In this document: positions 25,101-33,550 of the stretch, piece by piece
Position numbering within the stretch: the first letter of the stretch is position 1
How the letters are laid out: every line of letters begins with the position of its first letter
IMG/VR virus record: IMGVR_UViG_3300029911_000001
Span: 62,001-126,000 of that record
Reading direction: 5' to 3' (one strand)
Length of the DNA stretch: 64,000 nucleotides
Notes under the pieces: generated by a model
The model's input: only the letters and a program-made list of their open reading frames with translations
What the model was told of the DNA's origin: nothing
Database searches by the model: none
Translations under genes and position numbers: made by a program

Positions 25101-26115
25101 TACGCTGGAGAGCGAGGAAGTCAGTGGGGGATACTAACTTGAGGTTGACAAAGCCACATGTAATAGGTCCGTTCTGCTGCGACTCAAACACGTTCTGAGT
25201 GTTCGGGTCTTGGACTACTGTGGACAACATCGCGTAGAATATATCGGCGTTATTCACCACCGTCTGTGGGATGTCAACGTAGTTGAAGTTGGTCGTCTGA
25301 ATCGTATCTACAGTGGTGGTTGTCTGAGTGCCCCCCGTTCCGTTGTAGGAAGTCGTAACCACTGAATCAAGAACTGACACACCTGAACGGCTCAACTGCG
25401 TTGGGGTTACAAGATCACCATACTGAACGAAGGGAGGGTTTATACCAGCCGGGTCAGTGGACAGCAGGATACGAGTACCTACGGTACCCGCATATGTAGG
25501 CTGAGACCACTCTAGGCGGCATACGTTCTGAGCCTTGTAGGACTTGACGCCAGAGGGGGGTCCAATCAAGGTGGCACCATTGCTCACGAAGGGGATGAGT
25601 GTGAACTGGATGGTAGTCTGAGTGATGGCAATGAAACCGAGATTCTCCCACACCACACCGTTGTCCGTAGTGGGGGTTCCAGTGACTGTGCTGAACGCTG
25701 GAATGGTTGTACCTGATGTCCCAGCAGTGGTAACAATCTGCACGTAGCCATTGGGGTCAACGATACGATAACCCAAGGCATACGATATGCTGGCCGTCCA
25801 TGGGGCGGCGAGAGGGTCGTAATTACGACCAACGATTTGAACTGTGGCGTCACCTTGGTTGGAGTCGATAGCTAGGGAGCCTGAGAAACTATTCCTGTTG
25901 CCGTTAATCAGCAGCGGATTACGGTTGTAATTGGTCTGGTTGTAAAGCGAGATTTCAACTTGGCTAGTGTTGGTGTCCGCCAGCAAAATGTACGCCAGCA
26001 CTGTCGTGTCAACGGAGATGGCAACGGACTGACCCTGCTGCGCCACGGGGAGGACAGGGGAGACAAGTATAAGCGGGGTTAGTGTAGTCTTTGGTGTAGT
26101 CTTTGGTGTTGGCAT
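22144..26115 (-). CDS. Baseplate J-like (wedge) protein
   Basis: SELRDLMIDP, GIPRLGA, GINTNAGAGTI, GLDDELN..YAARI, GCVDIY motifs. Confidence 0.8.
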   Translation of the reverse strand: MPTPKTTPKTTLTPLILVSPVLPVAQQGQSVAISVDTTVLAYILLADTNTSQVEISLYNQTNYNRNPLLINGNRNSFSGSLAIDSNQGDATVQIVGRNYDPLAAPWTASISYALGYRIVDPNGYVQIVTTAGTSGTTIPAFSTVTGTPTTDNGVVWENLGFIAITQTTIQFTLIPFVSNGATLIGPPSGVKSYKAQNVCRLEWSQPTYAGTVGTRILLSTDPAGINPPFVQYGDLVTPTQLSRSGVSVLDSVVTTSYNGTGGTQTTTTVDTIQTTNFNYVDIPQTVVNNADIFYAMLSTVVQDPNTQNVFESQQNGPITCGFVNLKLVSPTDFLALQRKEDIASRLIQQVTRNYPNLDLSPRSELRDLMIDPVSIELANLSVREWFSRVSQSVSALSQVDNVSGNGYSDPYTSSPIKQQLARAYGLNPADTQTLIDQQFNILGERAGIPRLGATSSVVQLTFYTYTKPTGTVAFPIGLTVQTVPDAQTPSLTFTTTGSATITANSASTFYDPINQWWSISVPASCQSAGINTNAGAGTIRTIGSGAPSGWYCTNPDSAAFGLDDELNSKYAARIENRLITGVDSGTRNGYLNTALATPGIVAATVVAAGDTEMLRDWDYLRQKHVYGCVDIYTRGINFSEQDEVVAFQYQNTGTFGTPTSYLTLGSFNASTLRFQIPNFSTLSFPLYQGVTLLVTRLTGSFYLGLERAQFDNVNGYIILNPNDMAYQIVGDQFTQVSVPLLLNGVPATNAAAVSNLSQGGNTTLQLLARYQSPLSDTPALQPIVSVNSVIGQPTQTAAVPTALINLVHTSDFLLNGGSNQAGDVVQVSTAASAPLTATITALLGQPVTIDSAMDVSNTSGTPGNVVSVRSSDLSTLYGFGTDYTILATGSYHTYGIQPLTGSTIQNNQKISVTYNKFTINEKVSLISGETQTLTGTSYSVLDNQGFVYNTWLPESYGNTTLTLDGAVYNSDGTINLSLSTGLIGALIPHDSRYIKVTYNGTIMKENTDFVLTVDPLSGTAAIARSAANIETTRIPDGGQVTVEYFITEAFTFATEYPAFVEILANQVTTFKHAAADVLVKSMVATPVDVTMTVILSPNASSDTLDPIIRSTIDLVMDNATTTLYQSELVQQVMGVTGVQNVNLPLVKCAKSDGSYDIGVVIPTNTTWIPLSSDPAFAGLATPANSFITQSAVLPDSTIPSGGEVDAFVGFLYQGQAYARTTSIQSFLSTAVTPAAAVGLPPMSVSGSFYIIGTGDSITPTNPLPSTYAQRVIITLPSKTINPSLYSFFCTYQVFGSGSATDITMSSTEYIVPGKITLSYLTGS

Positions 26116-26885
26116 TAGTTACCTACTAACTGAGAGGCGGTCGTTAAAGAGAAACTTACAGGCACACCATTGGGAGCCCCGTAAGATACTAATACGCCGG
26201 AGACAGCGACAGAGTTAGGGTCAATTTGAATCGTCTGCAAGTTATTTATATCCTTGAGCATCTCCTGCGGGTCAAGAGCCTGAACCGTACGCTGAGCCGA
26301 CTGAACCTGCTTAAGATTTTGTAGTGCTGTCATGACCTCGTTGGAGATGTCGGTGTCAGTTATAGCGAACCCAAACTTCCTTCCGATGAAGGTCTTCAAT
26401 CGGGAAGTGTACTGTGGGTAAAAGGCGCATACGGAAGTAAGTACATACTTCAGAACCTTCTGCACCAGCTTGTTAGTCCCCACGATATGCAGGACGGAGC
26501 CGTTACTAACCTGCGTGAGATTGTTTAGCTGACCCATGGTGCCACACTTCAGACAGAAATCCATGAGTGTGATGTAAGAGACCTCAATTAACGGAATGTA
26601 TGACCTAACGGGTAGGTTAAACTGAATCTTGTAGAACTGGTCTGAAGTCTGAACCCGGTTTACGTCCGGTGAAATGGTGTACCCATATACGGGGTCGGAC
26701 GGAGAGACTAGCTGCCCCCGGATATACACCTCAACCAAGGCTGCACCATTGATAGGAGCACGCATGTTTAACCCTACATTAGCGGCAACGTGTAGAGTCC
26801 TAAAGTCCCCCACATCAACCACATAACGTTCAAAACTCTGAAAATGATCGCAGTTAGCCAACTGTACATCGAGGTCATAGCTCAT
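26115..26885 (-). CDS. Putative gp25-like baseplate wedge protein
   Basis: KLVQKVLKYVLT...YPQYTSRLKTFIG; located upstream of baseplate J. Confidence 0.6.
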   Translation of the reverse strand: MSYDLDVQLANCDHFQSFERYVVDVGDFRTLHVAANVGLNMRAPINGAALVEVYIRGQLVSPSDPVYGYTISPDVNRVQTSDQFYKIQFNLPVRSYIPLIEVSYITLMDFCLKCGTMGQLNNLTQVSNGSVLHIVGTNKLVQKVLKYVLTSVCAFYPQYTSRLKTFIGRKFGFAITDTDISNEVMTALQNLKQVQSAQRTVQALDPQEMLKDINNLQTIQIDPNSVAVSGVLVSYGAPNGVPVSFSLTTASQLVGN

Positions 26886-27571
26886 TAGGTGCTCTGCTCC
26901 TTGATAGCAATGGGAGTATCCGCACTGCTGTGATTCATCTGCTCAAGCTCCCACTGAGTCGGGGTTTCGGCCTGATGGACACGGAAGTAGGGCTGACCCT
27001 TGTACATATTCGCCGCGTTCACGTCGTCTACTAAAACAGATACGTACTCCGGTTTTGAGAAAAGACTGTTGATTTTCGTTAACAGCGGCTGCAACGTGTA
27101 AGGGTTGTCATTATTAGCGGTCGTTGGCGGAGTCTGGGCGAAGTTATGATTGTACTGAGCCATATCCTCGTTTTTCTCAATGAGGCAGCGTAGCTGGTTC
27201 ATGTAGAAGATTGCGTCTTCATCCCTCTGAAACATATCCTTCATTCGCGTCTTGATGCGACTCATCATGACCATAGGTATGTGGTCGTCATTGTTGATGG
27301 CGTAATTGAAATGTCCGTTAGGTCCCGGTGACCATAAGTCCTTCTCGAAGGTTGGAGTTAGCGTCTGGTCATTCTGAGTTGTGTAATACTGCTCCAGCAA
27401 ACCAGCAGTCTTACGAAGTTGCTGAGCCCGTATTTGGTAGAACTGAGTTATGCCGGGAAAATTCTGCTCACGCGCAGCCACCCATGCTTGGAATGCATTC
27501 CACTGTGTTAGAGTGAAACGCCCCAAGAAGTTGAAAGGGGGATTGGGGTAAGCATATTTGAAAGAGGCCAT
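26885..27571 (-). CDS. Hypothetical virion protein
   Basis: 228-aa ORF translationally coupled within the baseplate operon. Confidence 0.7.
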   Translation of the reverse strand: MASFKYAYPNPPFNFLGRFTLTQWNAFQAWVAAREQNFPGITQFYQIRAQQLRKTAGLLEQYYTTQNDQTLTPTFEKDLWSPGPNGHFNYAINNDDHIPMVMMSRIKTRMKDMFQRDEDAIFYMNQLRCLIEKNEDMAQYNHNFAQTPPTTANNDNPYTLQPLLTKINSLFSKPEYVSVLVDDVNAANMYKGQPYFRVHQAETPTQWELEQMNHSSADTPIAIKEQST

Positions 27572-27574
27572 AGA

Positions 27575-30193
27575 TCACTTCACAATGTGAATCAAACCGC
27601 CGCTGATGTTGTGGGTGTAAATGCGTGCATTGGGCTTCTCCCCGGCGGCAAAATTCTCATTGCCGATAAAGAGACGTGCCACACGCTGATGACCTACACA
27701 CTGGATACCCACCACCTTTGACCACTCAATCACGTCATCCACATTGGTAAGTACGTGCATTCCTACTTGGATTCCCCCAGCAAATGCCGGAAGATCGTCC
27801 AACCCTACGCCCGGAACTTCCGTCCGTGCGAGGATTTCCTGCGTTGGTACCGGTGTAGACTCAGAGACAATAACAGCGGCACCATTCTCCGCCTCTAGCC
27901 GATAGCAGATTTCCGTGCTGAACTCCATCCACTGCACAGGCAAAAGGCTGTGTTCGGAGTAGTGAACGATGGCATCCAAGTGCGTACCCACAGTAACCTC
28001 CGCTACCTTCAAGTCTGGTAGAACAAACATTGTCACGGCAGGGCATCCCCCTCCCCCTCCACCACTACCACTCAGAGTGTAGGCTACCGTCGTAGTATAA
28101 GTGCAAGTGAGATTGCTGACATTATCCGTAGCAATGAAGCCAAAATAGTCTCCGGGGGCGGTGTTAACATAGGTATTCGGGTTAAACGTTAACTGGAATG
28201 TTTGGAGGTACCCGCTAACGCCATTGATAATGGCACTTGCTGAAGTTACAGGGGTGGATGAGCTACCAATTACCGTCTGAGTAGACTGACCCACATATTG
28301 AGTGAAAAAGTTAACCCCCACCGGGTCACTCCCTCCGGCTGTGAACATCTGAGCCGTAAGGGTCATAGACGTTACTGTCGGGGGGATAAGCGTGAGACTC
28401 GGGGTTACCGTCATGCCTACAGCTACCGGAGCCACATAGGAAGAACCTGCGGCGGTGATAGTGCCCACTTGACCGCTTATATATGAGACTGTATTAGTCA
28501 CAAAGGTATCGTTGCTCAGGTAGGTAAGGGTGCCATTCACTGTCATGTTCACAGTGAGGGTCTGGTTGGTGGTGGCAGCGGGAGCCGTGAATGGTATATT
28601 CCAACCTGTGAGCCATCCCGCCGAGTCAAGCACCGGGCTGGGGGTACCAGTGGAAGTAGCACCTGAAATCGTACATGAGGCATTAACGCTGTTGCCTGTG
28701 TTCTTGGCACCCTGCTGCTGGGGAGAGAACGCCTTGTTCAGAGCGACAGACAGCGTATAGCTTCCCCCATCAGCCGGAATGCTGGTCGGCGAGAGGGAAG
28801 CAACCTGAGGCATATTCATATAATCCACTTCGATGTTGAAAGAGACACCACCATTGGTGCCGGACACAGCGAATGTGTCAAACGTGGTGGACGCATTGTT
28901 GAACCAAGCAATATCATCAGCTTGAACCACGAGGCTGGTGGACAGAACGCGAGAGGAAGATGAGGGGTTAGCCGTGTTCCCGTTGTAGTTGACGGTGAAA
29001 TTGGTACCATCATAGTTCACTCCGAACAACCCTTGATACGCGGTGTTATCCGTGGAGGTCAGAGCAAGAACTGCCTTCGCCGCTGCCGTCTTGTTCACCG
29101 GACTCCCGTTATACGTAGGGAAGGTAAACGTCGGGTTGTTAGGGTCATTATAGAGGTACAGTTTTCCCGTCGTACCCTCAAGCACAGGGCAATAGGACTT
29201 AGTGGGGTACACGATGCCAGACACGTTGACCGTGAGTGTGATGGGCTGACCCACGACCTGAAGGTTAGTTGCACCACCACCGGGGGTGATAGTCACGTTG
29301 CCGACAGGAGTTGCAGGAGCCGGAGCAGCGATGAGGGTTACCGGGGCAAGTTCGCCCGAACTTGTGGTGATGTGAAACACGCGACCGGAGTGGTACCAAT
29401 AATCCCAGTCACCTTCAATGGGATAGACCCCCGCCTGTGAAAAAGTAACCGCTACAGTGCTTGAACCTACATATCCCCCTGAACCGCTATTCTGAGCAGC
29501 CGGGAGAATAGGCAGACCTAACGCAACCGTTTGATTTTGACCAAGGGCGGCTAGGGTGATCCCCTTTCCTGCCCATGTGGGGGAAGCACCCGTTGCGGAG
29601 TTGCCAATACCCCACATGACACCATCCTTATAGGTGATGTTAAAGGTATAGGTACCGGGAGCCGGAACTAGGATACTACCAACAATGCAACAGTTGAAAT
29701 TTGATCCGTAAGGTGGAAAATTGGTGTAGGCGGTCTGTTGACCAGCGGTGTTGAAGCTAGACCACTGGGGACCTGAGCCCCCGGAGTCCCCCCCAATGTA
29801 CGCACTGAAAGCGAGGGAATTGTTGGTCTGAGTCGCCGAGGCGGTAGATATGGTACGAATCGTGTTTCCTGATGGGTCGCTGGCATTTTTCCAGATGTAA
29901 CCAGCCACGGGACCTGAGGTAGGGGAGTCATTCCACGCATAACATGTAACAACGCTGCCAACCTGTATGATGCCATTGGTTTGCTGCCAGTTGACCGAGG
30001 CGGAGTTGGTGGTGTAGTTGCTACCAGCGATGGTTGCTGTTCCCTGAAGAGTATCTGAACCGCCATTAGTGCCCGTGTATGTAAGCGTGGTCGAGCCGGT
30101 GCCCAAGTTAGTGTCCACGGGTATAGTAACCGGTATGGTCTGGGGGTTAGCCCCACCAATGACGACATTTACTGTTTCGTACTGAGTTCCCAT
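27575..30193 (-). CDS. Fibre/adhesin protein with PA14-like domain and C-terminal Hint domain
   Basis: GSILVPAPGTYTFNITYKDG...GVYPIE (PA14-like); GGGGGG-CP...YTHN (Hint). Confidence 0.7.
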   Translation of the reverse strand: MGTQYETVNVVIGGANPQTIPVTIPVDTNLGTGSTTLTYTGTNGGSDTLQGTATIAGSNYTTNSASVNWQQTNGIIQVGSVVTCYAWNDSPTSGPVAGYIWKNASDPSGNTIRTISTASATQTNNSLAFSAYIGGDSGGSGPQWSSFNTAGQQTAYTNFPPYGSNFNCCIVGSILVPAPGTYTFNITYKDGVMWGIGNSATGASPTWAGKGITLAALGQNQTVALGLPILPAAQNSGSGGYVGSSTVAVTFSQAGVYPIEGDWDYWYHSGRVFHITTSSGELAPVTLIAAPAPATPVGNVTITPGGGATNLQVVGQPITLTVNVSGIVYPTKSYCPVLEGTTGKLYLYNDPNNPTFTFPTYNGSPVNKTAAAKAVLALTSTDNTAYQGLFGVNYDGTNFTVNYNGNTANPSSSSRVLSTSLVVQADDIAWFNNASTTFDTFAVSGTNGGVSFNIEVDYMNMPQVASLSPTSIPADGGSYTLSVALNKAFSPQQQGAKNTGNSVNASCTISGATSTGTPSPVLDSAGWLTGWNIPFTAPAATTNQTLTVNMTVNGTLTYLSNDTFVTNTVSYISGQVGTITAAGSSYVAPVAVGMTVTPSLTLIPPTVTSMTLTAQMFTAGGSDPVGVNFFTQYVGQSTQTVIGSSSTPVTSASAIINGVSGYLQTFQLTFNPNTYVNTAPGDYFGFIATDNVSNLTCTYTTTVAYTLSGSGGGGGGCPAVTMFVLPDLKVAEVTVGTHLDAIVHYSEHSLLPVQWMEFSTEICYRLEAENGAAVIVSESTPVPTQEILARTEVPGVGLDDLPAFAGGIQVGMHVLTNVDDVIEWSKVVGIQCVGHQRVARLFIGNENFAAGEKPNARIYTHNISGGLIHIVK

Positions 30194-30203
30194 TTAGCCC
30201 CTC

Positions 30204-33200
30204 TTATACAATTTGCTGCGGAAATGCATTTGTGGCAGCGGCACGTAGAACCCCGTTATTGAAGACATCCCACTGAAAGGTTCCTGTAGCCGATACGCCT
30301 GAATCCACTACCGTAATACCGAACGCATTATTGCCAGTGACACCTGAAGCGAACGGGCCGGAGATACGGATGTAGGCGATTCCGTTATTCAGGGAGTCAA
30401 CGCTGGCGGTGAAGACAGAGTTGCTGAGGGTGATATTGCTTGCCAATGTGGCAGCGTTCGTGGTGACCACCCCTGTAGCTACCACATAGAACGAATGGTT
30501 AGGACGCGGGTTGATGGAATCCGTGCTGCCGTTGTCCACGTACCCGAGATAATTAGTCGTAATGCTGTCTGTATAGTCAATACCCGTTTGCAAGGTGAGA
30601 CCGCTAACCACAGTTACAGTGAACGACTTTTCAGCGAAGGCACCATTCGTGTTGTCTGTGACGCGGAACGTAATCGACTTACTAAAGCCTGTCTGTGTCG
30701 TGACCCCCGTGATGGTTCCTGTGCTGTTACCCAGAGACAGACCGGATGGAAGGGGGCTCGATGAGGCCGGTGAAAGTGACCAAGAGTAATTACCCGAACC
30801 CCCCGTAGCCGTCAGCATCTGGCTGAAGGTGCGGCCAGACGTAATCTGATTGATGGAGGCAGTTGTGATGGATAGACCTGAGGGCTGAACCACCAAATTC
30901 AATGCCGCCTGCGCGAGAGGAGCCAGAGGGTAAGTGTCCCCCAAGCTATCGGTCACCGTGAACACTGGAGTACCATTGAACGTCGCACCTGTCGCACCAG
31001 TAATGAGTCCCCCTGAAGACATGGAGTAGCCGCTCGGAAGTGAGCCTGTGTAACTCCATGTGAAGGGGGTGTTATAGCCGGTCGCGGTCAACTGGTAGTT
31101 GTAGCTGGCCGTCACCGTACCTACAGGTAAAGCTCTTGTAGTGATGGTAAGGCTCGATGTGGAGTTAAGAATGATGAATGCCTGAGCCGATGAACCCAAA
31201 GAGTCCACTGTCTGCACTTTGATTGAGTAGTTGTCTAGCAGAAGAGTAGTGACGCCAGAGATGAACGCCGTTGTGCCACTATCGGCTGCGTTAGCCTGAA
31301 TCGTAAGACCCGACGGGAGCGCGTTAGGACTATCAGGGGTCACTTGCCATGTGTTCGGTGTGGTGAATGTACCAAACGCACGGAGCGTACCCTGATAGGG
31401 TCCGCCACGATCAACAGGACCGACGCCCGATGTGTCTATGACCATGGCCGAAGTTCCGGTCTGAAGGGAGTAAGTCTTAGAGTCTGTATGGCCTGCGCCC
31501 CCAACTGTGTCAACTACACCGATGGTGACGGACTGAATATATGAGGTCACGGATGTGACACCGGAGAAAATGCCTGTTGATGGGTTGAAACTTATACCGC
31601 TGGGCAACGCAGGACCGGTGAGAGACCACGTATAAGGAGGTACGCCGCCAGTAGCCGTCATCTGGTAGGAGTAGGGCTGACCGGGGATAATCTTCGGCAG
31701 GTTTACGGTTGTGATTTGCACGTTGTTGTTGATGGCAAGAAGCAGAATTGCCGAAGTCGTGACACCACGAGCGTCTGTCAAATCAATAATCAAATTCTGA
31801 CTATATGATGAGTTGGTTGGCGTGCCAGAGAGCAACCCAGCCAAATTCAACGTCATGCCAGTGGGTAGAGCGGGAGAGCTTGCATCGAGCGACCACGCAT
31901 AAGGAGTGGCACCCCCAAATCCCTGAAGCACAAATCCGGCGGAATTGTTGTAGGGTTGACCTGTGACTGCTGTAGGTAGGGTTGTTGTGAGGATGACAAG
32001 CGGGTTGATATAGTTAACCACGAAGCGGTGATAGAGATATCCACTCTGACCATTCTGGTTGGTAACACGAAACCACAGGTCGAAATAACCGGCCTCAGTG
32101 GGAGTGCCTGTGATATTGATAGCAGTCCCGCCCACGTTGGGCGACAAGGATATCCCAGCCGGGATTCGACCCCGATAAACGGAGGCAGCAGTCAAAGGTA
32201 CCGACGATGCAGAACCGATAGTGGATGAGTAGGTTTGTTGAACAAACCCATCGGCAATATTATCAATGAGAGAAAAGGCGTTCTGCTGTGTGTCCCATGT
32301 GATGGTGACTGTACCATGAACTACGCTGGTCAAGTCGTAATATTCGATCACACTCTGACTGGTCGCGATGCCCACGATAGTTCCGTAGATAAGACCTGTG
32401 TTGGCGTCAAGGGATAACCCCAAAGGGAGGGACGACCCCGACTGCACGCGGGACAAGAGGGTGCTGGCCGTGGCAATGGACGGTGAGTTGACCCATGGCT
32501 TGAGCGGGTTAAGCCCAACGAAGTCGCCAACAATGTACGGGCGAGTGAAGCACTGGGTATTTCCAATGTCAGTGGTACCATCATGGGAGACCAGTGTATA
32601 TTCACGAGTGATGGTTGCAACCTGATTGTTCCCTTGAAGAATCGGGAGTTGGATGTACACCTGACTGTTCGAGAACGAGGTAGGAGGCCCTGTTACCGTA
32701 ACAACGTCATTCACACCATCAACGGTCGCGGTCAAACCGTTAGAACCCGAAATGGGGGTGGTTGTCGTACTGATACTATAGCCGGACAAGTTACCCAAGA
32801 TGGGGAGAACAATAGTTGTGGTGTCCGCCGTCCCCCAATAATGGTCGAACGCGAACTGGTCGAGGAAGATGGTGCTAATGGGGTCATCCGACTGATAGCT
32901 GAAAGCTTGAGTCAGTGAGGTTGCTGTATTGTCAGTAACCTTGAGGGTGAACTGATGCACACCCGCCTTTTGGGCAGGAACGGTGACGATAACTTCCACC
33001 TGACCGTCCACCAATGCAGCGACCTGAGAGTTCACAGCCTGAATCTGAAGAACCTTTGAGGTCACCTTACCGAGACTGTCAGTAGCTTTAATCCCAACCG
33101 TCCAAGTTCCATAGTTACTGAAGGTGAAGTTCAAGTTGTTGCTGGTGTCGATAAGGACACCGGGGAGGGTGGTAACCGTGTTCAATAGAGACCACACAAC

Positions 33201-33539
33201 CGTACCTGTACCGCCGTTACTGGTTAGAGGGACAACCTGAACTGAAGGGAAGCTGGTTGGCTCAAAGTTCTGTGAACTGTTCAGAATCGAAAACAAGGTA
33301 GGGTCAACCACAAGGACAGTGAGGACCTCATCCGCTGTGTTAAGATTCGAGTCGGTGATAATCACATGGAGTGTGTACGTGCCGGGGCTCAACGAGGTTG
33401 AATTGATACTCAAGACCGCACCCGTCACGCTGAATGAGCCATTCGGTAGCGATGTTTTTGGGTCAGACGAGGGTGTGATAAAGGTGTAAGGTGCTACACC
33501 CCCAACTCCGGCTAACGTTGCTGTTGTAATGATGGACAT
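30204..33539 (-). CDS. Putative Ig-domain (He_PIG) repeat virion protein
   Basis: Repeats ITT..LP....G..Y...L.ATGG..PY.WS.....LP.GL......G.ISG. Confidence 0.85.
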   Translation of the reverse strand: MSIITTATLAGVGGVAPYTFITPSSDPKTSLPNGSFSVTGAVLSINSTSLSPGTYTLHVIITDSNLNTADEVLTVLVVDPTLFSILNSSQNFEPTSFPSVQVVPLTSNGGTGTVVWSLLNTVTTLPGVLIDTSNNLNFTFSNYGTWTVGIKATDSLGKVTSKVLQIQAVNSQVAALVDGQVEVIVTVPAQKAGVHQFTLKVTDNTATSLTQAFSYQSDDPISTIFLDQFAFDHYWGTADTTTIVLPILGNLSGYSISTTTTPISGSNGLTATVDGVNDVVTVTGPPTSFSNSQVYIQLPILQGNNQVATITREYTLVSHDGTTDIGNTQCFTRPYIVGDFVGLNPLKPWVNSPSIATASTLLSRVQSGSSLPLGLSLDANTGLIYGTIVGIATSQSVIEYYDLTSVVHGTVTITWDTQQNAFSLIDNIADGFVQQTYSSTIGSASSVPLTAASVYRGRIPAGISLSPNVGGTAINITGTPTEAGYFDLWFRVTNQNGQSGYLYHRFVVNYINPLVILTTTLPTAVTGQPYNNSAGFVLQGFGGATPYAWSLDASSPALPTGMTLNLAGLLSGTPTNSSYSQNLIIDLTDARGVTTSAILLLAINNNVQITTVNLPKIIPGQPYSYQMTATGGVPPYTWSLTGPALPSGISFNPSTGIFSGVTSVTSYIQSVTIGVVDTVGGAGHTDSKTYSLQTGTSAMVIDTSGVGPVDRGGPYQGTLRAFGTFTTPNTWQVTPDSPNALPSGLTIQANAADSGTTAFISGVTTLLLDNYSIKVQTVDSLGSSAQAFIILNSTSSLTITTRALPVGTVTASYNYQLTATGYNTPFTWSYTGSLPSGYSMSSGGLITGATGATFNGTPVFTVTDSLGDTYPLAPLAQAALNLVVQPSGLSITTASINQITSGRTFSQMLTATGGSGNYSWSLSPASSSPLPSGLSLGNSTGTITGVTTQTGFSKSITFRVTDNTNGAFAEKSFTVTVVSGLTLQTGIDYTDSITTNYLGYVDNGSTDSINPRPNHSFYVVATGVVTTNAATLASNITLSNSVFTASVDSLNNGIAYIRISGPFASGVTGNNAFGITVVDSGVSATGTFQWDVFNNGVLRAAATNAFPQQIV

Positions 33540-33550
33540 CCGTTTTCCTC

